A stretch of DNA of 64,000 bases, taken from positions 32,001-96,000 of IMG/VR virus record IMGVR_UViG_3300033463_000045; one strand, written 5' to 3'. The notes beneath the pieces were generated by a model that saw only the letters and a program-made list of their open reading frames with translations, did not search any database and was not told the DNA's origin. The DNA comes from a virus. Lineage: Duplodnaviria; Caudoviricetes. This document shows, in pieces, positions 58,251-64,000 of this stretch (position 1 is its first letter; each line of letters opens with the position of its first letter). The position numbers were made by a program, and so were the translations under genes.

Positions 58251-59279
58251 ATGGCAGTAGTATCTGGTGAAGCTCCTTTAAAAAACTCCGGTGGTTATGT
58301 TTGGGGTGGAGCAATTATTGAAATTACCTATACTGCAGGTAATGGAGCAATAACAATTAATCAAATAAGAGGTAAAGCAGCAAATAGTCAAGGTGGTCCA
58401 TACAACTACAATTCCATAACTCATACATTAACATATCCTGGTGGTACTGGCACAATAACAACAAGAAATGCAACATTTAATAGTACTTCTTGGCAAACAT
58501 GGACATTAGATGGAACAACTACATTTTATGGTTCTGGTTCTGGTGCATTTAAATTTACTTTAAGTAGCAGTTTTCCAACTATTCCTGGTTATGTATATGA
58601 TTTTGGAACAATAGATATTGGAACACCAACATATACACCATCAGTTACAGCGCCATCAGTATCAGCATCAAGAACATCTGTATCTTATTCATTTAGTGTC
58701 ACTGATTCAGGTGGTGCAGCAATAACAAGTAGTGGTGTTGATTTAAGTTTAACTTCATTTGGTAATGTAGTTGCATCGGGTAGTGGAACTTCTAATACAA
58801 TTAATGGATTAACACCAAATACAACTTATTATGCTCGTTCATTTGCATTTAATGGCAGTTATACAGGTTATAGTTCAACTTATCCATCATTTAGAACAAC
58901 AGGAAATCCGCCAGTAATTACTAGTGTATCAGAGGCTCCAACATTAGATTCTTGTACATTAACAATTAATGTAACTTATGATACTAATGCTACTTGGGCG
59001 GCAGGTCTAGTAGAATATGGTACAACACAATCTTATGGAAGTTCAACACCAAGTAATATTATTCAAGGATTAAATTCTGGAACGACTTATTACTATAGAG
59101 TTACAATAACAGATACTGAAGGTAGGTCTGGAACATATACAAGTAGTTTTACAACATTATCAGATAGTAAAGTATTTTATTCATCTGCAGGAGGAAGTTT
59201 TGTAAAAAGAAAGCTATATATCTCTATTAATGGTGATGCATATAAATTAGTACAAGGAAATAAAATAAATATTATTTAA
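58251..59279 (+). CDS. Virion protein with two fibronectin type III domains
   Basis: GLTPNTTYYARSFA and GLNSGTTYYYRV. Confidence 0.75.
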   Translation: MAVVSGEAPLKNSGGYVWGGAIIEITYTAGNGAITINQIRGKAANSQGGPYNYNSITHTLTYPGGTGTITTRNATFNSTSWQTWTLDGTTTFYGSGSGAFKFTLSSSFPTIPGYVYDFGTIDIGTPTYTPSVTAPSVSASRTSVSYSFSVTDSGGAAITSSGVDLSLTSFGNVVASGSGTSNTINGLTPNTTYYARSFAFNGSYTGYSSTYPSFRTTGNPPVITSVSEAPTLDSCTLTINVTYDTNATWAAGLVEYGTTQSYGSSTPSNIIQGLNSGTTYYYRVTITDTEGRSGTYTSSFTTLSDSKVFYSSAGGSFVKRKLYISINGDAYKLVQGNKINII

Positions 59280-59515
59280 TAAGAAAAATGAATATATTTA
59301 GATGACACCAGAGCATCGTAATTTTAAAAAATGATAAATTATATTAGACATAAAAATTATACCTTAGAGTGTCTCTATAGTGAAATTTCAAAAATTTAAA
59401 AGTTTCTATTTACTTTTAAATTTTTTTATTTTACAATGAATTAAAGTAATAAAAAGGTAGTATATAATATGCATGTCATAGTATGTATTAGCATTCATAG
59501 AAATGGAGGTAAATT

Positions 59516-60238
59516 ATGAATCAAAATATTACTAAAACAGAGACAGAACAATTATTAAACAACATTGGTATGACAATGGAAGGTGTTTATGACATTGTTA
59601 AGAAAGGAGTAGCAAATCGATTTAGACAAGTTTCTCAATTATGGGGATATGACACAGTAGATGATTTAGTTCAAAGCTTAATGCTTTATTACTTATCACC
59701 TATGAAAAGTACAAAAGAAATAAGATTAAATTATTATATTAAAAAATATAATGATAAAAAACATTTAGAAAATCAGATTAGGTTAGTAGCATATCAATGG
59801 CCAATATGTCAAGCAAGAAGAAAAGAAATAAAAAATAAACCTATAAGTTTTGATAGAGATTTTAATGTAGATTCAGATGATAATTCTTTAGCAGTTATTG
59901 AAACGATTCCAGATGAAAGTTCAATAGCACAAGTAGAAGATAAACTTATGATTGAAGATTTAATAAATAGATTAACTGAATTATTAAATCAATTAAATTT
60001 AGAAGCATTAAGAGAAAAATCTAAAAAAGATTCATTATCATTTTTAATCGATATGGACAATTATATTATAGTTTATAATCAAACTAAAATACAATTAAGT
60101 TTATTTAAAGACTTATATTATGGTTATAAAAGATGTGAATTAAATAAAAAATATAATAATTATAGTAAACATTTAATGGTTTTAAAGAACGCTTTATCAA
60201 AAATCTATACTCAATATGATATGCAAAAAACTATTTAA
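59516..60238 (+). CDS. Divergent sigma-factor-like protein
   Basis: DDLVQSL (region 2-like); PISFD...IETIPD (region 3-like). Confidence 0.5.
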   Translation: MNQNITKTETEQLLNNIGMTMEGVYDIVKKGVANRFRQVSQLWGYDTVDDLVQSLMLYYLSPMKSTKEIRLNYYIKKYNDKKHLENQIRLVAYQWPICQARRKEIKNKPISFDRDFNVDSDDNSLAVIETIPDESSIAQVEDKLMIEDLINRLTELLNQLNLEALREKSKKDSLSFLIDMDNYIIVYNQTKIQLSLFKDLYYGYKRCELNKKYNNYSKHLMVLKNALSKIYTQYDMQKTI

Positions 60239-60242
60239 ACTT

Positions 60243-60272
60243 AAAGCATCTATAAAAAGATGCTTTTATTTT
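60243..60272 (+). terminator. Intrinsic terminator
   Basis: AAAGCATCT-ataaaa-AGATGCTTTT; near copy at 62149. Confidence 0.75.
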
Positions 60273-60330
60273 GTAATATTTTGTAATATTTTGATGCAAT
60301 TTTATAATAAATTTATTTTTTCGATAATAT

Positions 60331-60345
60331 TTCATAATATATAAT
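60331..60345 (+). promoter_or_regulatory. Class-1 motif
   Basis: TTCATAATATATAAT. Confidence 0.8.
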
Positions 60346-60361
60346 AGGAAGGAGATTATTT

Positions 60362-60739
60362 ATGAAATTAATGCATGATTTTTTATTAGTAAAAGAAATA
60401 GAAGAAAATAGTGTTATTGAAGGAACAAATTTAAAAAGAAAGTTTGATGATTCAGATACTTTTATGAATGTAGAAATTGTTGATATATCTAGTGAATTAT
60501 CTATGGAATATGCTAAGTATTATAATTTAGATTTAGTTAATGCTCATAATGATATTAAAAGATTAGTTAATACTTTCTATAAGAAAGGAAATACAGCTAT
60601 TATAAGAAGAATTAGCAAGGTTCCATATGAAAATGGTTTATATTTTTGTTCATTTAAAGATATAATTGCAATTACTTCAGATGTTGATTTAAAAGTAGAA
60701 GAAGATTTAAAATTTAAACAAATGAATCTTTTTGAATAA
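60362..60739 (+). CDS. GroES-like co-chaperonin
   Basis: MKLMHDFLLVKEIE (cf. KPLHDRVLVK) and FKDIIAI (cf. ESDILAV), with an internal insertion. Confidence 0.6.
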   Translation: MKLMHDFLLVKEIEENSVIEGTNLKRKFDDSDTFMNVEIVDISSELSMEYAKYYNLDLVNAHNDIKRLVNTFYKKGNTAIIRRISKVPYENGLYFCSFKDIIAITSDVDLKVEEDLKFKQMNLFE

Positions 60740-60741
60740 AT

Positions 60742-60756
60742 TTCATAATATATAAT
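60742..60756 (+). promoter_or_regulatory. Class-1 motif
   Basis: TTCATAATATATAAT. Confidence 0.8.
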
Positions 60757-60773
60757 AAGAAAGGAGAATAAAT

Positions 60774-61199
60774 ATGCCAGAAGATATTAAGGCAAATGAA
60801 GAATTAGTAGAATTAGAAAAGAAAATAATTAATGATGCTAAAGTATATGTTTACAATGTCATGAATTTTGAAGGCGAGTATAGCGAAGAAAAGTACAAAG
60901 ACATGGTAGATAAATCAGTTGAAAAGATTAAAGCAAATGAAGAACCAGTATTTAGTGTATATGAACCATCTATGATGCAAGCTAATTTAACTACTTTGAT
61001 GCAAGGTTATCAATTCTTTGGAACAGCATTTATTAACAATTTAGTTAATAATGACCCTGAATCAGCAAAAGTTATTTTAGAATCAGTTACTCAAGATTGG
61101 TTTGATTTACAAGATTTCATTAAAAGTGTATCAAGTAAAATGGAAGAAGCAATTAAGCAAAATCAAGAAAAGTTAAAAGAAGAAACTAAAGAAAATTAA
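60774..61199 (+). CDS. Hypothetical protein
   Basis: SD plus motif. Confidence 0.7.
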   Translation: MPEDIKANEELVELEKKIINDAKVYVYNVMNFEGEYSEEKYKDMVDKSVEKIKANEEPVFSVYEPSMMQANLTTLMQGYQFFGTAFINNLVNNDPESAKVILESVTQDWFDLQDFIKSVSSKMEEAIKQNQEKLKEETKEN

Positions 61200-61215
61200 G
61201 AGAGGAAATTTAGAT

Positions 61216-62136
61216 ATGAATTTAGAAGAAGAATTAAAAATGGTTACTAGTTCAGTACCAGTTCAACAAGAATCTACACCAGTAGTAAATACGGTTGCTA
61301 CACCAATACAAGTTGCAGAAGAAGTTAAACAAGAACAACTTCAATCTCAAGCTCAAGTAGTACAACCTACACAAACTATGATGTTTGGAGGAACTGCAAT
61401 GCAACCAATGACTGCTATGCCAAATACTGCTCCAATTAATACAGCAGGATATATGCAAGTACAACATACTGCAGCTGATGAAGCAGGAGTTAGACAAATT
61501 CAATTTGGACAAACTATTAATACAAATCCTATTCAAATTATTAAATTAAATGTAGGAGAAAAAATTAGATTTACATTATTAGAGCAAGATGTTAAACCAT
61601 TAGTATTTCATTATTCAGAAGCACTAGGAGCAGGAACCACTAGAGGAAAAAGAATACCTTGTTGGTCTACGGGTACTTATACAGCAAGATGTTGTATTGA
61701 CTTAGGAAAACCTAAATCAAGATATTATTTACCTGTATTAGTATATCCTACAATGCCAAATGACCCTAATACAATTATTCCTAATGCTAAAGGACAATTT
61801 AAAGTATTAATGACTTGGGATGATATTATTTATAATGCAATCGCAGATTATGCTATTAATACTAATTGCAATGTAGATTTTATTGCAACAGGTAAAGATA
61901 CTTATGGTGGATTAGATGTAAGAAATCAAGTTAATACATATAGAAGTCAATTTACAAATGATATTAATGAAGGTATTCAAAATTGGAGAAGATGTAAAGA
62001 TATGATTCCATCAATGGTTAGAGAAAGTATGACTGAAGAAGAATATGTAAGAAGACTTTCTGAAGTTCAAAATGTAATTAGTGCAGCTCCACAAAATAAT
62101 TATTCAAATTATAATAATTATAATAATATAATGTAA
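61216..62136 (+). CDS. Probable single-stranded DNA-binding protein (gp32-like) with Q/T/P-rich N-terminus
   Basis: IRF...HY...C...CC...PKSRYYLPVLVY pattern; adjacent to polA. Confidence 0.5.
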   Translation: MNLEEELKMVTSSVPVQQESTPVVNTVATPIQVAEEVKQEQLQSQAQVVQPTQTMMFGGTAMQPMTAMPNTAPINTAGYMQVQHTAADEAGVRQIQFGQTINTNPIQIIKLNVGEKIRFTLLEQDVKPLVFHYSEALGAGTTRGKRIPCWSTGTYTARCCIDLGKPKSRYYLPVLVYPTMPNDPNTIIPNAKGQFKVLMTWDDIIYNAIADYAINTNCNVDFIATGKDTYGGLDVRNQVNTYRSQFTNDINEGIQNWRRCKDMIPSMVRESMTEEEYVRRLSEVQNVISAAPQNNYSNYNNYNNIM

Positions 62137-62148
62137 TTAGATTATATT

Positions 62149-62177
62149 AAAGCATCTTTTATAGATGCTTTTATTTT
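62149..62177 (+). terminator. Intrinsic terminator
   Basis: AAAGCATCT-tttat-AGATGCTTTT. Confidence 0.75.
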
Positions 62178-62184
62178 GCGATAT

Positions 62185-62199
62185 TTCATAATATATAAT
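62185..62199 (+). promoter_or_regulatory. Class-1 motif
   Basis: TTCATAATATATAAT before SD AAGGAGG. Confidence 0.8.
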
Positions 62200-62214
62200 A
62201 TAAGGAGGAATATT

Positions 62215-63471
62215 ATGGCAGGAATAATTGAACAAGATTTTACTCATTGGTGTAAACCAGTTCCCTTAAATGATGATTATCCTGATAAATTTGATTTAAA
62301 ATGCATAACTTCAATAGAAGAATTAAATAATATTTTAAATAGTTATAAAAAAGAAGATGGAACTTATCCTATGATGGGATTTGATACAGAAACAACAGGT
62401 TTAAATCCAGAAGAATGTAATATTGTAGGTTACTCATTTTCATTTGACGAAATTCATGCTTATTATGTTCCAGTAAAACATACTAATATTGAAGAAGCTG
62501 AAAAAGATGAAAATGGAAATATAATTAAATACCCAAAAGTTTATATATCATTAGGTGACGAAACATTAGATATTATTTATAATGTAATGTTAAATTGTGA
62601 ATTGGTATTAATGTATAATGCTAGATTTGATATAAGAATGGTGAAATGGTATAAGTTTAGCGAGTCAGATGATAATTATAAAAACGAATTTATAACTAAT
62701 GCTAGAATGAATTTTAAATATAATATGTCTAAAGTAAATGTATATGATATTCAAGTTATGATTTGGGCAACAGATACAGCACATTATATGCCTAAATTAA
62801 AATGGGCAGAATTACAATTTTTAGGTTGGAGAAGTAATACATTTCAAGAAACAAGTGGAGATGCAGGAAATTTTGGTTTATTAGACCCAGAAGACCCAAT
62901 AACTTATAAATATGCAGCCACAGACGCATTGGCATTAATAATGTTATATAATAAATTAAAATGGGTTAGAGATGAAGCAGGTTTATCTTTACAAATGCAT
63001 GCTAATGGAAAAATAATGCCTTTAACTTATTTTGAAGAAACTCCTATTTTTGCAGATGTAGAGTTATTAAAAAAGCAATCAAATTTTTATCATACTAAAG
63101 TAGATGAAATAGAAAAAAGAATATATAATATTGTAGGTTATGAATTTAATATAGCATCAGGACCTTCTAGAGCAAAAGCATTTAAAGATAAAAATATAAT
63201 TATAATGGAAAAAACAGATTCAGGAGCAATCGCTACTGGCGCAAGTGTATTAGAAAAAATACAAAAAGAATTAGACCCAGATTCAGAACAATATATTTTA
63301 ATATCTTTATGTATTGAATATTTACATATTAAAAAGATGTTAAGTACATATATTGATAGTTTATTAGAACAAACAACTACAGATAGTCCAATATATAAAA
63401 CAGGTTTATTTAGATATAGTTATAGAAATACTGCAACCGTTTCAGGTAGATATGCTGGAGGTAAATTTTAA
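62215..63471 (+). CDS. polA: Family A DNA polymerase, N-terminal part (3'-5' exonuclease plus thumb)
   Basis: ExoI FDTETTG, ExoII YNARFD, ExoIII YAATDA; ends TATVSGRYAGGKF*; start at ATG 62215 behind SD. Confidence 0.88.
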   Translation: MAGIIEQDFTHWCKPVPLNDDYPDKFDLKCITSIEELNNILNSYKKEDGTYPMMGFDTETTGLNPEECNIVGYSFSFDEIHAYYVPVKHTNIEEAEKDENGNIIKYPKVYISLGDETLDIIYNVMLNCELVLMYNARFDIRMVKWYKFSESDDNYKNEFITNARMNFKYNMSKVNVYDIQVMIWATDTAHYMPKLKWAELQFLGWRSNTFQETSGDAGNFGLLDPEDPITYKYAATDALALIMLYNKLKWVRDEAGLSLQMHANGKIMPLTYFEETPIFADVELLKKQSNFYHTKVDEIEKRIYNIVGYEFNIASGPSRAKAFKDKNIIIMEKTDSGAIATGASVLEKIQKELDPDSEQYILISLCIEYLHIKKMLSTYIDSLLEQTTTDSPIYKTGLFRYSYRNTATVSGRYAGGKF

Positions 63472-63507
63472 TTAAAAACATAATATATAAAAAGGAGAGT
63501 GATGCTC

Positions 63508-64000
63508 ATGGCTACCAGTGATTTTTTAATCAATGGTAATCCGTAATTACCACAGAACGTCCCAAAATTAAAAGGAGGAGATGTAATGTTCTATGTTGCT
63601 ACAAAAGAACAAATAGAATCATTGCATCCTGAACTAATAAATTATGAACCTAATAAAACAAGATGTTTTTATAAATATGATAATGGTGAAGTAAGATTTT
63701 TTGATAGAATCTTTAATTATTATTTTAGTGATAGACCATGGGGTTTAGAACAAGAATATTTAGCAGAAGGATTAGACCAACAATGGGTAGATAAAATAGA
63801 TTATTTATCATTAAATATTAGAAATACTCATAAAGCTCCAGATGGTTGGACATTTGTATGTTTAGATTATAGTGCTGAAGAAATTAGATTAGGTGCAATT
63901 AATACCGGTTGTAAACTATATACAGAAGCATTTCAAGCAGGAAAAGATATTCATACATTAGTTGGAGAACAAACATGGGGTTACGATGTATATCATAGTA
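63508..64000 (+). CDS. polA: Family A DNA polymerase, C-terminal part (in-frame TAA at 63544; runs off window)
   Basis: MATSDFLINGNP*LPQNVPK...NIRNTHKAPDGWTFVCLDYSAEEIRL (motif A)...AFQAGKDIH; same frame as the upstream part. Confidence 0.8.

Noticed and set aside
54395-59279. Diversity-generating retroelement acting on tail fibres
   Set aside because: No reverse transcriptase and no TR/VR pair with adenine-specific mismatches. The shared NNPHxVTK motif is an ordinary fibre repeat.
304-61536. All minus-strand ORFs in the track (e.g. 304..516, 14506..14850, 57150..57425, 58102..58314)
   Set aside because: They are antisense shadows of well-supported + strand genes, with no SD or recognisable motifs
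62176-62214. TTG start for polA given by the ORF track (similarly TTG 51241)
   Set aside because: These TTG starts lie upstream of or overlap the SD (and, for polA, the promoter motif); ATG 62215 and ATG 51256 have proper SD spacing
63463-63552. Group I intron or intein in polA
   Set aside because: The interruption is only about 80 nt, too short for a group I core. No intein C/S...HN motifs or homing endonuclease are present. A degenerate remnant cannot be excluded.
1-64000. Alternative genetic code (stop-codon reassignment)
   Set aside because: Code-11 ORFs tile the + strand densely, and TAA, TAG and TGA all end genes followed by a new SD and start. Only polA has internal stops.
1-64000. 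tRNA or rRNA genes
   Set aside because: No cloverleaf or T-loop GTTCRA signature noticed in intergenic gaps by eye; tRNAscan was not run

Overview
This window is a 64-kb piece of a large, very AT-rich (roughly a fifth to a quarter GC by eye) tailed dsDNA phage genome. The host is probably a low-GC Firmicute, judging by AAGGAGG-type SD sites, a CHAP endolysin, and ArdA and YodL domains. Essentially all genes lie on the + strand and use standard code 11. Replication, recombination and repair genes include a split SbcC plus SbcD, RecA, DnaX- and HolB-like clamp-loader subunits, a probable beta clamp, primase, DnaB helicase, ATP-dependent ligase, RuvC, a probable SSB and PolA. The window also encodes GroEL/GroES-like chaperonins, terminase large subunit, a MoxR/VWA pair, sigma-like regulators, a T4 gp21-like prohead protease, lysis genes and tail genes. 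The most striking system is a set of about 15 genes in two clusters (29.2-36.3 kb and 44.1-50.3 kb, the second ending at the prohead protease). Most begin with a conserved MNLY(E/S)xIKxNL leader, and [LIV]-x-E|[SAD] motifs fall between their domains. I infer they are capsid-targeted, protease-processed polyproteins that release injected effectors such as ArdA and YodL. Second, polA is interrupted in frame by three TAA codons inside a conserved motif. One stop sits in a hairpin loop between matched Pro codons, which suggests a split gene plus ribosomal bypassing. Three promoter classes and a dispersed intergenic repeat family are also visible. All functional calls come from recognising motifs by eye; no database searches were run.
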